From NCBI GenBank assembly GCA_035503555.1, contig DATJTG010000266.1, positions 1,280-65,279 of the forward strand: a DNA stretch of 64,000 nucleotides, in the 5' to 3' direction. A model generated the notes under the pieces. The model did not search any database. It had not been told where the DNA came from and saw only the letters and a list, made by a program, of their open reading frames with translations. This DNA comes from Acidobacteriaceae bacterium (GTDB taxonomy: Bacteria; Acidobacteriota; Terriglobia; Terriglobales; Acidobacteriaceae). A program made the translations under genes and the position numbers. Shown in pieces: positions 27,575 to 38,000 of the stretch. Position 1 is the stretch's first letter. Each line of letters starts with the position of its first letter.

Positions 27575-29779
27575 TCAGTTTTCGGCAAAGAAGACGAGCT
27601 CCGACGACAGTGGTTGCGACAGCACTACCGAAAGGCCCTTTTTCATTAGCTCGCCACCGCTCATGCGTCTGTCTTTTGAGCTGCCATCCTCGAAATGAAG
27701 CTGGTAGGAGCGAACAGGATCGAGGCCCTTCAGAAAATAGCGATGCTGCGGCTCCTCCGGCGCTGAACCATGGAACGCGAACACGACGCCGTGACGGTGT
27801 GCAGGGTCCCAGTATTCAGTGCCATCCCAGTGAATGCCGTCCGGGCGTGGCGCGATATGGAACAGCTGCGCATCGCGAATCAGTGGGCGGAGGCGCGCTT
27901 TGTAGAGCGCGATGGCATCGCGGGCCGCGGAATGCTGCTCGGGCGTCCAGTGAACGGTGTCCTGCATGATGGAAAGCCAGCCCATCATGCCGCTGCGCAG
28001 TTCGTAGAGAAAATTCGCAAGACTCGGCGTGGGCCATTTGTCGACGTAGGTTTCGAGCATGGCTGCCGGCAGAACGTAGCTGGCGTCGTAAAAGGCGCGG
28101 CGATTGGAGAGAGGGTCGTAGCTGTCGGTGATGGAGAAGTAATCGCCGTGCGCAGCGCTGCCGAAGTCGACCATTCGTCCCCCGTCATTGCAAATCTCGA
28201 AGAGCAGGCCGGGGTGATCGTGGCGGGTCTGCTCGTAGATGCGATAGTAGGCCTGAACCGCGTGGTAGCTGACATCGGTGGAGTTGGAGCTGAGGACGAT
28301 GTCTTCCCCGTCGTAGTGCTCGACGGTAGTGTGGCGCGGATCGGGTGCCGCATGGGGATGATCGTCGCGGGTACATCCCTGGGCGACGAGATAACCGTCG
28401 TGCTCGAGCATATCGAGCTGATCGCTGGTGACAATCCTGTCGACTTCGCGAGATGCGTATTCGGCAGCGGCGGGGACGCCGAGGTCGATGGTCTGGCCTT
28501 TGAAGTCCTGCGGCTTCCAGGTATCAGGCACGTCGGCAACGAGCCAGTCGCGGACTTTGGGATCGCGGAGGTTGAGCGCGCCCGGCTCGGTGTCGAGACC
28601 CGCCTGAGTCCAGTCAGTCCAAAGACCGAAGCGTTCGCCGTGCGCATGCGCATCCTCGGAAATTGCGGCGAGGCCATGGGGAAATTTGTTTGGGTTTGGA
28701 TACCAGTCGCCGACACCGCGGAACCAGCCGGCGTCGAGATGAAACATTTCGAAGCCCAGCGCGGCTGAGTCGGCAATCATCGCGTGCGCCGTGGACTCGT
28801 TGATTTCCATGCCGATGCCCCAGCTGTTGTTGACGACGAGCGGATACTGCGGATCGGACCAGGTACGCGGTGACCCGAGAACCGCGCGCACCCAGGGACG
28901 AAGCTGATTACCGGCGCCGTCGGGACCGCCGACAAACGCGCCAAGGAAAACCGTTGGTGCCGTGAAGCTGCCGCCGGCTGCAAGGCGTGTGACCGCGGGT
29001 GATGGAGTGGGGTCGAGGCCGAACTGCGCGGTCAGGAACCGCGCGCTGCGACGGAGCGCGATGCGCGTGCGCCCGCTGAATTCGATGCCGGCCATCCATC
29101 CGGAGGACGAAGAGTTCGCGCGGTCGACGGCCATATACGGGATGATTTCGCGGGGCTCATCGAGGATGGGGTGAGCAAAGGTGCTGGAGCGGCCGATCCA
29201 GGAGTACCCGGCAGAGAGAGGCTGCAGGTGGGTCCCGATGGCAGAAGGCGCGCCTGCACCCTTCTCGATATAAAGTTGGCGCAAGTTTGCAGCAGCCGGT
29301 ATTGCGAGAGAGAGGGCAAGGGTGTCAGGGACCGGAAGCCAGTATTCGTCGGCGGTTAGGTTCTCGATCACAGCACTGTGCTCGACAGGGCCGAAGGCGG
29401 CGCGGGCCGCCCACTCCCAGGTAAGGCGCAAATGTGGCTGCTGCGACTCGTAAACGAACGCGATGCGTTGCGGAGTGACGGCGGTGGCGGCGGGAATGTT
29501 GTGCCAGACGAGCGGGAGATGCTGTCCGCCGCGCTCAACCGACGCGGGGAGGGTTTCGGGAGTAGTGTTGGTCCAGAGATCGCCATCGCGCCCACGAATA
29601 GAAAGCAGCCGGGGTGCGGAAGGCCCGGCAGCAAATTGCAGGGTAACGTCTGCAGTGACAAGAGTGGCGCGAGACTGCGCGGAGGAGACCGTCGCGAGCG
29701 CGAGAAGGAAGGCGAGAGTCGCGGCCGAGCACAAGCGCGCGACAAAGGGCAAGAGGTTGGGCGCGTCAGGCCATCTCAT
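27575..29779 (-). CDS. Secreted GH36-like (clan GH-D, alpha-galactosidase/melibiase-type) glycoside hydrolase
   Basis: Signal-like N-terminus. NNSWGIGMEINESTAHAMIADSAALGFEMFHLDAGWF..DWYPNPNKFPHGL...HAHGERFGLWTDW resembles the GH36 catalytic TIM-barrel core. FEICNDGGRMVDFG resembles the CSSGGGR region. Confidence 0.7.
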   Translation of the reverse strand: MRWPDAPNLLPFVARLCSAATLAFLLALATVSSAQSRATLVTADVTLQFAAGPSAPRLLSIRGRDGDLWTNTTPETLPASVERGGQHLPLVWHNIPAATAVTPQRIAFVYESQQPHLRLTWEWAARAAFGPVEHSAVIENLTADEYWLPVPDTLALSLAIPAAANLRQLYIEKGAGAPSAIGTHLQPLSAGYSWIGRSSTFAHPILDEPREIIPYMAVDRANSSSSGWMAGIEFSGRTRIALRRSARFLTAQFGLDPTPSPAVTRLAAGGSFTAPTVFLGAFVGGPDGAGNQLRPWVRAVLGSPRTWSDPQYPLVVNNSWGIGMEINESTAHAMIADSAALGFEMFHLDAGWFRGVGDWYPNPNKFPHGLAAISEDAHAHGERFGLWTDWTQAGLDTEPGALNLRDPKVRDWLVADVPDTWKPQDFKGQTIDLGVPAAAEYASREVDRIVTSDQLDMLEHDGYLVAQGCTRDDHPHAAPDPRHTTVEHYDGEDIVLSSNSTDVSYHAVQAYYRIYEQTRHDHPGLLFEICNDGGRMVDFGSAAHGDYFSITDSYDPLSNRRAFYDASYVLPAAMLETYVDKWPTPSLANFLYELRSGMMGWLSIMQDTVHWTPEQHSAARDAIALYKARLRPLIRDAQLFHIAPRPDGIHWDGTEYWDPAHRHGVVFAFHGSAPEEPQHRYFLKGLDPVRSYQLHFEDGSSKDRRMSGGELMKKGLSVVLSQPLSSELVFFAEN

Positions 29780-29783
29780 ACGG

Positions 29784-32348
29784 TCACCGATTCAGGAATG
29801 CAACGGTCATGGAGCGGTGAGTATAAGCAAGCGTCGAGCTCGCGGGTTCTGAAACCGCAATCGGTGATGTGAACGTGAATCGATACCAGTTCTGGCGGAT
29901 GCGCGTCGCGGCGCCTCCACGGACCGAGGCGATTGTCCACGGAGTTTCGATTTCGATGGAGGACTGATCGGAGCTCGCCACATCGGCGTCGAGGGTGAAC
30001 GTTCTGCCGTCGAGATGGAGCGCCGTGAGCTTAATACCGCGGGACGCGTCGCCGCGCTCGGGGGTAACGGTGGGGACGCGAACGCGAAGTCCTCCAGTGA
30101 AGAGGATTTTGACGCGAGCGGCCGTAGCGCGGAGGTCGCAGGCAACCCTCGCATGCTGATCTTCGGCGTGGAGTTCGAGTTTCACAGGAACGGAACGGCC
30201 ATCGAGCAGCGCGCGAACGTGCGTGGCTCCCAGGGGAATCTCGGGAGCAAAGACGATATGAACCGGGCTGGATCGCACCGTGAAGCCCGCGTCGATCTCC
30301 TGAGGGCGCTGATCGATGGTGACGGCGACCTGCGCGGAGCCTACGGGAATCTGTGCGAGGGAAACATGGTCCCAGCGGGGATCGAGGTGCGGAGCGACGG
30401 TGAGACTGTGCTCTGCGGCGTGCACATCGAGCCCGAACAACCCGCGAACAGCAGCATGGAGAAATCCCGACGAGGACCAGGTTTGCTCGGGCACGGATTC
30501 AACCTGCGGCTGGAAGTGATCGCCGTCGGCCACTTCGTGGATGTGGCCGGACGAGTCCATTTGTACCCATGGCAGGAGCGATTCGAGGATCGGGGCAGCG
30601 ATGGCGGGGCGATGATCGCGCCAGAAAGCCTGGGCTGTCTCCGCGGTGGAAAGGGCAAAAATGCTTCCGGAAGCGTACGAATGCGGCTCGTAGCCGCGCG
30701 ACACCGAAGACATACTGCGTGTGCCCCAGTCCGTTTCGAAGACAGAGCCGGCGAGGCGATTGAGAGTGGCTTCTTCCTGATCCGTGGGAAACAGGCCATT
30801 TCCGAGAAGGCCTGAGTGGCTGCGCTCGTCGGTCATCGGCGCGCCGGAAGCGGAATAGCCAGCGATCCAGATGCTCTTTTGCGGGTCCCAGTAGCGCGCC
30901 ATGAGAGCCTGCCGTGCAGCTTCAGCAGGAGCGGCGGCGGCCGCCGCTTCGCCCGGATGCCCCGCAGCGGCAGCAAGAGTGCCATAGGCCGCGGACGCGG
31001 TGACCCAGGAAGCGGAGAGGTCGACGTCTTCTCTCATGCGGTCCTGTTCATTGCCACCTTCCTTGTCTGCGGGAATTTTGGGTAGCGCCGTTTGCGGGTC
31101 GATGAGCGAACGGCAATAACGATAGGCCGCTTCGATCTGCTGCCAGTGATCGCGCACGAACGCATCGTCGCCGGTGGCAGCATAGTAGTCGGCCAGCGTC
31201 GAAAGGAAATCGAAGGTGATATCGACGTGGACGTACATGTAAGGGTATTTGCCGGCCCAGTCGAGAAAACCAGCGCTCTGCGAGATCTCGTGCCAAATCA
31301 TCCCGTTGGCCGGGTTCTGGTAATGGAGGATCAGGTTCAGCTCGTCGCGGGCGCGTGCCAGGTCTCCGGCAGAGAGGAGCCCCTGGACGGCGACAAGACC
31401 GTCCCCGGCGAAGAACCAGTCGTACTGAGGGCGGCGCTCCGGGCGCGAGGGACCGTAGCCGCCGACGCTGCCGCAGCCAATGCGCGGATTGCAGACCCAC
31501 GCTTCATCGAGCGCGAGGCGCGACCATGCAAGGGCGCGATTGAGATTCTCGTCAGGCGTGTGGATTTGCAAGCCGCTGTTCAGGAGATCGGCAACGTGGG
31601 TTTGATATGCGGCATGAAGCTGTGCTTCGTCAGCCTCAAGGGTCTGGAGCACAGAGCCTTCGGCAGCAGGCTTGCTCTCGAGCGCAGCGAAAAGTTCTGC
31701 CCGGCCATGCTCCGGCCGCAGCAGGATGGATTGCCTGAGGTTCTGACGCAGCGTGGCATTGACCACGGGTGTGTGGTCGACCGCCTGGGGTGAAGCAATC
31801 ACGGCGCGAAATCCTGTGGTGAATTCGGAAATCACGTAGCCGTGCAGGGCAGCGTTCCAGTGGAGATCCTGGCCGCCCAGGGCGGCCGGCCACATGAGAT
31901 CGAGGACAGGCAGGAAAGTCACGCGAAGATCGAGCGGACGCGTACTCTGCACAGTCCAGGAAAGGACCGTTCCCGGGCGATCGAGAGGGACAAAGAGATG
32001 CTCGCGAATCTCAAATCCGGGGCCGTTGTAGATACGGACGATTGCGTCGGGGTGGTATTCAATGCGGCGGAGGAACGGATCAGCCTGAATGGGAGGAGAT
32101 CCGTCGGACGGAACGATTTGTAAAGCGAGATGCGTGAAGAGCTGGAAGGGATACGCCCACGCCTCGAGTCCGTGTCCGGTATAACCCATCAGGACAGCAT
32201 CCTGGCCGTGCGCCGCCCCGAAACGCGGCAGCGAGGATACGTCAGCCTGCAACGTGAGCGACTCGGGAGTGGTTTGCCCGCAGACGGGAAGCGAGAGCGC
32301 GGCTAAAGCGAGAAGCGAGACTGTCGGACGAGGCAACGCAGCGATCAC
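29784..32348 (-). CDS. Secreted (alpha/alpha)6-barrel glycoside hydrolase, amylo-alpha-1,6-glucosidase (GDE_C)-like
   Basis: Signal peptide MIAALPRPTVSLLALAALSLPVCGQ. Core motif QYDWFFAGDGLVAVQGLL...ILHYQNPANGMIWHEISQS is typical of GDE_C-type barrels. Paralogous to the next gene. Confidence 0.7.
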   Translation of the reverse strand: MIAALPRPTVSLLALAALSLPVCGQTTPESLTLQADVSSLPRFGAAHGQDAVLMGYTGHGLEAWAYPFQLFTHLALQIVPSDGSPPIQADPFLRRIEYHPDAIVRIYNGPGFEIREHLFVPLDRPGTVLSWTVQSTRPLDLRVTFLPVLDLMWPAALGGQDLHWNAALHGYVISEFTTGFRAVIASPQAVDHTPVVNATLRQNLRQSILLRPEHGRAELFAALESKPAAEGSVLQTLEADEAQLHAAYQTHVADLLNSGLQIHTPDENLNRALAWSRLALDEAWVCNPRIGCGSVGGYGPSRPERRPQYDWFFAGDGLVAVQGLLSAGDLARARDELNLILHYQNPANGMIWHEISQSAGFLDWAGKYPYMYVHVDITFDFLSTLADYYAATGDDAFVRDHWQQIEAAYRYCRSLIDPQTALPKIPADKEGGNEQDRMREDVDLSASWVTASAAYGTLAAAAGHPGEAAAAAAPAEAARQALMARYWDPQKSIWIAGYSASGAPMTDERSHSGLLGNGLFPTDQEEATLNRLAGSVFETDWGTRSMSSVSRGYEPHSYASGSIFALSTAETAQAFWRDHRPAIAAPILESLLPWVQMDSSGHIHEVADGDHFQPQVESVPEQTWSSSGFLHAAVRGLFGLDVHAAEHSLTVAPHLDPRWDHVSLAQIPVGSAQVAVTIDQRPQEIDAGFTVRSSPVHIVFAPEIPLGATHVRALLDGRSVPVKLELHAEDQHARVACDLRATAARVKILFTGGLRVRVPTVTPERGDASRGIKLTALHLDGRTFTLDADVASSDQSSIEIETPWTIASVRGGAATRIRQNWYRFTFTSPIAVSEPASSTLAYTHRSMTVAFLNR

Positions 32349-34852
32349 CAGGTTAAAGTTACGGTTTTTTCCACGTATCCGGAGCCGGCCGGGAACTGTA
32401 CGGCCAGGGTGCGGAGTCCGTTGACCGCCTCACCGAGTTGCGCGTCGCGAGCCTCGAGCCGCGGCTGGGAAAGATTTTCGCGGATGGACAGCTTCTGCGT
32501 GGAGCCGGCGGGAGCGGCCAGTTTCAGCGTAAGGGATCGGTCACCGATGCTGTCGGCGAGGACTTTGAGCTGATGAGTTTCAGAGCCGGGCTCGGGCAAC
32601 TGTTCGGTGGTGGCGGCTTCAATGTCGGGCAGCGGGATGCGGAGTGCGCCACCTTTGAAAACGGCGCCTGGCGCCGCAGAGACAAGTCGAAGGGAGCCGT
32701 CGTTCGCGCTCACGAGCAATTCCCTGCCTTCGCGCCGGAAGCTGAGGTCGACCATGCGATCGCCGAAGGGAAGGCGCCGTATGTTCGCGTGATCCCAGGT
32801 GGCCGGCAGATGCGGCGTGACGGAGAGAGTATGCGCAGACTCGTTCCACGCGAGTCCGAAAAGGCCGCGCAGGACAGGTGATACGACCATGGCTGAGGAC
32901 CAGAGCTGGTGAGCAGTGCTGCGCCCGAGGACCTGATAGAACTGGCCCGAAAGCAGCTCGGTCACGTCGCCGGGATCCTGCGCCCAGGTGAGATTGGCGT
33001 CCTGCATCAGGTGCGCGTATCCGGAGAGCGGGTGCCCGGCGCGATATTCCGCGAGCGACACCCATCCCGTGAACAGAGGCCAGACCGATCCCTGGTGATA
33101 ACTGATGGGATCGTAGAACGAAGTGCTGTCGCTTAAGTCGCGTGTGCCCCAGTCGGTGGAGAATTCGGCGGATGCCCAGCGCTCGAACATGGATTCCGGA
33201 TGAGCAAGCTGGAAGTCGCCGTCCCACCATGCGACGGAAGGATAGATGGTGGCGCTGGCGTCACGCTGGCCGGCGTTCCAGCTGAAGGCATAGTTCTGCT
33301 CGTCGGGAAGGTAGTATTCGTGCTCAATGGTGGGCGCGATCCGTTGCGCGCGCTGCGACGCGGCTGAGGCTAAATCTGCGTGGCCAGCGGCGGTGGCGAG
33401 AAGCGCGAAAGCGAGGCTGGCTTGCTCATCCAGGGTGGCCAGGTAGATTTCCTGGCGCGGCATCGAGGGCACCCACGACTCCACCCAGCCTGAGCCCTCA
33501 GCGTTGTCATAGATGCCGTCGCCGTCGGTGTCGTGTGAAGTTTCAAAAGTCCACGCGCTCTGCAGGCTCGGCCAAATCGATGCAACAAACGCGCGGTCGC
33601 CGCTGATGCGGAGATAGTCGCTGACCGCCATGAGGAAGAGCGGCGTGGAATCGGCAGCGGCCCATTGATACGGCAAGGAAGCCCAGTCGATAAGATTCGC
33701 GGTTTGCGACCACTCATGCATGATTTTGCCGTCGGCGCGCTGATGATCGATGAGGAACTGGATTTCCTGTCTCGTGGTGTCGAAGTCCCCGTAGCTGTCG
33801 ACGGCGTAGAGCGTCCAGAGAGCGTCCCGGCCGAAGAACCACCCGAAGCCCGGCCGCGCGGCGTCGCCGGAACCGTAGAAGCCGGCGGTCAGCGCCTGAT
33901 GGCCCGAGCCGACAGGGCTTTCCACACGAAGCTGATCGATTGCGGTCTCAGCCCACGTAAATGCGTCGTTGAGACGCGCGTCGGGTGTGTCGATGGTGGC
34001 GTGCTTTGCGAGAAAATCACGGTAGTACGACTGATTTGCGGCGAAGATGGTCTGCGCCTGACCGTCGAGTTGCACAAGGCTCGCAGCGAAGGCGGACTTC
34101 GTGGTCGAGTCGCTGGAGTCTGCGAAGGCCATGAGCAGTGGATAGAGCTTGCCTGCGTCTTGCCTGGGATCGAAGTGCACGACGAACTGCAGCGGCCACG
34201 ATGAGGCGCGTTCCTGGTAGGGAGGGAGGATGCCCGGCTCAGCCGTCGGGATCGCCAGAGCGGCGGCGTGATCCGGGGTGTTGAGGTGAAGGATGTAAAA
34301 GCCAGAGCCCCCGGGAGACGCGATCCATTCAGGCGAAGGCCGATCGGGCGATTCGGCCGGCCACATGCGCTGCATGTCGGGATGAAAGCTGAACGTGACA
34401 TCCATAGGACGCACAGCGGCGAAGGAAAAGAAGATGAGCGCGCCAGGCCTGCCGGATTTGGGTGCCAGCATGATCTGGCGGATGGTGAAGTTGGCGTGCG
34501 AATACGTGATCGTCGTTTCGTCCGGCTGCACGTCGATGGAAGCGGCCTGGGGATTGACTTCGATCGGCACAGCGTAATCCTGCATGGAGACAGACAGACG
34601 CAAATTGCTGAAAATCTTCCACGGGAAGAGCCAAACCTCGCTGGTTCCGTCCTGTTGGCCGAGCACCGCACCGCGTGGCCCAACGACGGAGAACGGCAGT
34701 TCCGGCATCGCGTCGCGGTGAATGACGGGGAGATCCGGCGCGCTGATCGGAAAAGCGGAAACAGGCCGCAGCGATTCCTGTGAGCGCAGAGAAACACCCC
34801 CTGCTAACCAGCAGAGCAAAGCAAGCCCAGGGAAAAAGACGCGACTCAACAC
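32345..34852 (-). CDS. Secreted (alpha/alpha)6-barrel glycoside hydrolase, GDE_C-like (tandem paralog)
   Basis: FGWFFGRDALWTLYAV...LIDHQRADGKIMHEWSQT...GDGIYDNAEGSGWVESW. The stop overlaps the downstream start (ATGA). GTG start at 34852 chosen (VLSRVFFPGLALLCWLAGG signal, GAGGGTGG upstream). The longest ORF starts at 34957. Confidence 0.7.
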   Translation of the reverse strand: MLSRVFFPGLALLCWLAGGVSLRSQESLRPVSAFPISAPDLPVIHRDAMPELPFSVVGPRGAVLGQQDGTSEVWLFPWKIFSNLRLSVSMQDYAVPIEVNPQAASIDVQPDETTITYSHANFTIRQIMLAPKSGRPGALIFFSFAAVRPMDVTFSFHPDMQRMWPAESPDRPSPEWIASPGGSGFYILHLNTPDHAAALAIPTAEPGILPPYQERASSWPLQFVVHFDPRQDAGKLYPLLMAFADSSDSTTKSAFAASLVQLDGQAQTIFAANQSYYRDFLAKHATIDTPDARLNDAFTWAETAIDQLRVESPVGSGHQALTAGFYGSGDAARPGFGWFFGRDALWTLYAVDSYGDFDTTRQEIQFLIDHQRADGKIMHEWSQTANLIDWASLPYQWAAADSTPLFLMAVSDYLRISGDRAFVASIWPSLQSAWTFETSHDTDGDGIYDNAEGSGWVESWVPSMPRQEIYLATLDEQASLAFALLATAAGHADLASAASQRAQRIAPTIEHEYYLPDEQNYAFSWNAGQRDASATIYPSVAWWDGDFQLAHPESMFERWASAEFSTDWGTRDLSDSTSFYDPISYHQGSVWPLFTGWVSLAEYRAGHPLSGYAHLMQDANLTWAQDPGDVTELLSGQFYQVLGRSTAHQLWSSAMVVSPVLRGLFGLAWNESAHTLSVTPHLPATWDHANIRRLPFGDRMVDLSFRREGRELLVSANDGSLRLVSAAPGAVFKGGALRIPLPDIEAATTEQLPEPGSETHQLKVLADSIGDRSLTLKLAAPAGSTQKLSIRENLSQPRLEARDAQLGEAVNGLRTLAVQFPAGSGYVEKTVTLTW

Positions 34853-34984
34853 GGCACCACCCTCAGCACTGAGCGGAAAACGCGGCGATTCGTCAGGAAC
34901 ATGCCGCAGGAAACTCGATGCACAGCCGCACGCTGTACACACGATACTGCCTCGCACACTCCGGTAGTCGGCAAAGAACAGAGC

Positions 34985-35026
34985 GAGTCAAAAGGGAGAG
35001 GGATGGCCACAGTCCGGCCATCCCTC
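34985..35026 (-). terminator. Rho-independent terminator after the TonB-dependent receptor gene
   Basis: Perfect 11-bp stem GAGGGATGGCC-(7 nt)-GGCCATCCCTC (34998-35026), followed on the minus strand by TCCCTTTTGAC. Confidence 0.75.
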
Positions 35027-35039
35027 GCAAGTATCCAGG

Positions 35040-38000
35040 TCAGAACTGGAAGCGAGCGGCGAATTGCAGGCGGCGCATCGAGGTCCCATCCTGTTCGGAA
35101 TAGGTTCCCTGGATATACCCGGAGTTATTCGAGTCCCCGCAATCGATGCACGTGTTCGGATTGGCAAGGTTCATGTGGTTGAAGACGTTGAAGGCTTCCA
35201 CAATCATCTGCATCTTCACGTTCTCCCACAGCGTGAAGTTCTTTGAGAGAGTTGAGTCCACGTTGAACATGCCGGGACCCCACAGGGCATCGCGTCCGAT
35301 ATTGCCGAACGTGTCGGGCGCGGGGCGGGCGTAGGCGTTGAACGAGTTGTCCGGCTGTCCCGGCGACTGCAGCACGTAGGGGGAGGGCGTGATGTACGGC
35401 ACTCTCAGCTTGATTGGATCGAAGCTGCCTTTGTGGAGGCCGAAGCTCTTGCCGGGAACCTTATTCAGGAAGCAGGCATTGTCGTCGCCGGCAATGTCGT
35501 TATCCTGAGAGCCGCACAGCTCATAGTTCGTGTTGAACGGGATTCCGCCGTCTACGGTGAGATTCGCATTCAGCTGGAATCCCCCGATGATCTCGTCCAT
35601 CCACCCCGGCGCATTCGAGCCGATGAGCTTCTGCCGCCCGAAGGGCAGATCGTAGTTGCCTGCGAACACCCACGCGTGACGCCGGTTGTAGTAGCCGTTG
35701 CCCCGCCCGATCCGCGGATCGATCAGGAACTGGTACGACTCGTGCGTAATGTCGTGCGACCACGTGTAATGCGTCAGGAACTGCAGGCCATTCTGGTAGC
35801 GCTTGCTCACGATGATCTGCAGCGCGTTGTAGCTGGCGGTTGCCTGATTCGCCATGAAGTCGATGCGCTGCGTCCAGCCATGCGGCACGCCGTACTTCAC
35901 GCCCAGCTCGCTTTGCGCCGTGCCATCGTAATACGGCGACCTCTGCGGGCCGGTGTAGTAACACGATCCGGGCGCCGAAGGATAGGTCATGCCCGCGCAG
36001 CTCCCGCCCCCGGGCGTTGTGTTCATCGGATTCACCTCGTGGAATCCGCGATAGGTCTCCTCGTTCGCGTTGTACGACGGCGACGAGTCGAACATGTTGT
36101 GATACGCCTCGCTGCCCACATACCCCACCTGGAGTGACAGCGTCTTCGTCAGCTCCTGCTGCACGGTCAGATTCCATCCCTGCACGCTGGGCAGGCGCAC
36201 TCTCGACGGACGCGCGATCTGGTAAATGCCGTCGGGAAGCACATAAGCCCCGTTCGACGGAATCGGCGGGAACGTGTAGCCCGGCGGTCCCGGCGCTACG
36301 CCGTCCTCGGTGGATGTGAGATTGAACACTGCGGCGTCGTTCGTCACCGGGACAACGCTTTGCTGAATTTGTGTGGGGAACGAGGACGTGAGCACGTCGC
36401 CGAAACTGTCGCCGGCCCAGCCTTGCCCGTAAACAAGACCATAGCCTGCCCGCACCACCGTGTTGGGCCGAAGCTGCCAGGCGGCTCCAAGGCGCGGCGC
36501 GAACATCTTGAAGTTGTTTTTTACGTTGGCGGCGGAGTTGAATTCGCCGATCCCGGCAATGCCGAGGATCCCGGTATCCAGGTTGAGCAGTCCGCCGGCT
36601 CCCGCTGCGGTCAGCGACTCAGGCGTGTACAGCTCCCAGCGCAGTCCGTAGTTCACCGTCAGATCGCGCGTGGCGCGCCATTGGTCCTGCGCGTAAGCGA
36701 AGAACAGGTTTTCCTGCGATGCCGCGTTGGTGTTTGCGGTCTGCGTGCGCCAGAAGGTGGTCGTATCTCCCAGCAGGAACGTGGCGAAGCCGACGCCCGG
36801 CGACTCCGTGCCGCCCGTGCTCACGCCCGAGGTGCGCGACGACGCAAAGAAATACGTCCCGGAGCGCAGTGCATTGCTGGCGATGCTCAGGCTGCGGTCC
36901 TTCAGGTAGTGGTAATCCGCCCCAAAGCGGATGTTGTGGTTGCCGAACGCATGCGACCAGTTGTTCGTGATCTGGTAGAGCGAAGTCTGCTGCAGGCTGG
37001 CGTTGGCTGAAGTCCCGTATTCGGCGTTCTGGCCTCCATTCGCTCCGTTCGCAGGTATATCGATGTTGAACTGCGGCAGGCCGCCGTCCAGCGTCAGGTT
37101 GCCGACGTTCGCGTTAGGAATGCCGAGGTCGTTGCCGAGCGGCTGCGTGGCATTCGGCCCGGCCGTGTTGTTGTAGATCGTGTAGAAGCCAAAACGGAAA
37201 TCCGTCAGCCACTTCACCGACAGCACGTAGTCGCCGCCGGATGCGAGGCTGTTGTAGTGGAATGCATCGGTGCCGGCAAAGCCCCCCGATCCGAAGCCCG
37301 GTCCGCCGGCCGCGCCGAAGAACGGCGCGCCTCCCAGCGTGCCCTGGAAATACGTGTACCGCGTAAAGAGATGCAGCTTGTCCGTCGGTTTCCAGTCCAC
37401 GCGCACGTCGGGCTGGTTGGTGTTGAACGCGCCGGAGCCGGAGGCCGCGTAGTTGTTTTCCACCGCGGTTCCGTTCGTATTCGGCGGCGGCAGCAGCTTG
37501 AAGAAATTGATGGCTGCCGCGGAAAGGTCTCCGGCCGGAATAACATTGCCGCTGTACGGCGTCCGCCCCGAGTTGGTCGTATCGGTCAGGGAATTTGGCT
37601 TGTAAATCTGCCCAACCGCCAGATAGTCGCTCAGGTCGCAGTTGCCGCCTGAGGTGCAGGTAGTTTCCGCTTTCAGCGTTGGCACCGTGGTCAGCGTCGA
37701 AACTCCCGTCTTTTCCCGCAAACCCTGGTAGTCGACGAAGAAGAACAGTTTGTCCTTCAGGATCGGACCGCCGACCGATCCGCCAAACTGGTTGTGCAGC
37801 GTCGGCGCCAGCTTGTTGTTCGGCGGCGCATTGGCAAAAGGATCGCGGGCCTGCTGCGCGTCGGAGCGCCGGTACTCGAAGGCCGTTCCGTGGATGTCGT
37901 TGCTCCCCGAACGGGTTTGCGCAGTCACCAGTCCCGCCACGGCCTTGCCGAATTCCGCGTCGTAGTTCTGCGACGTCACCTTCATTTCGGAAACAGCGTC

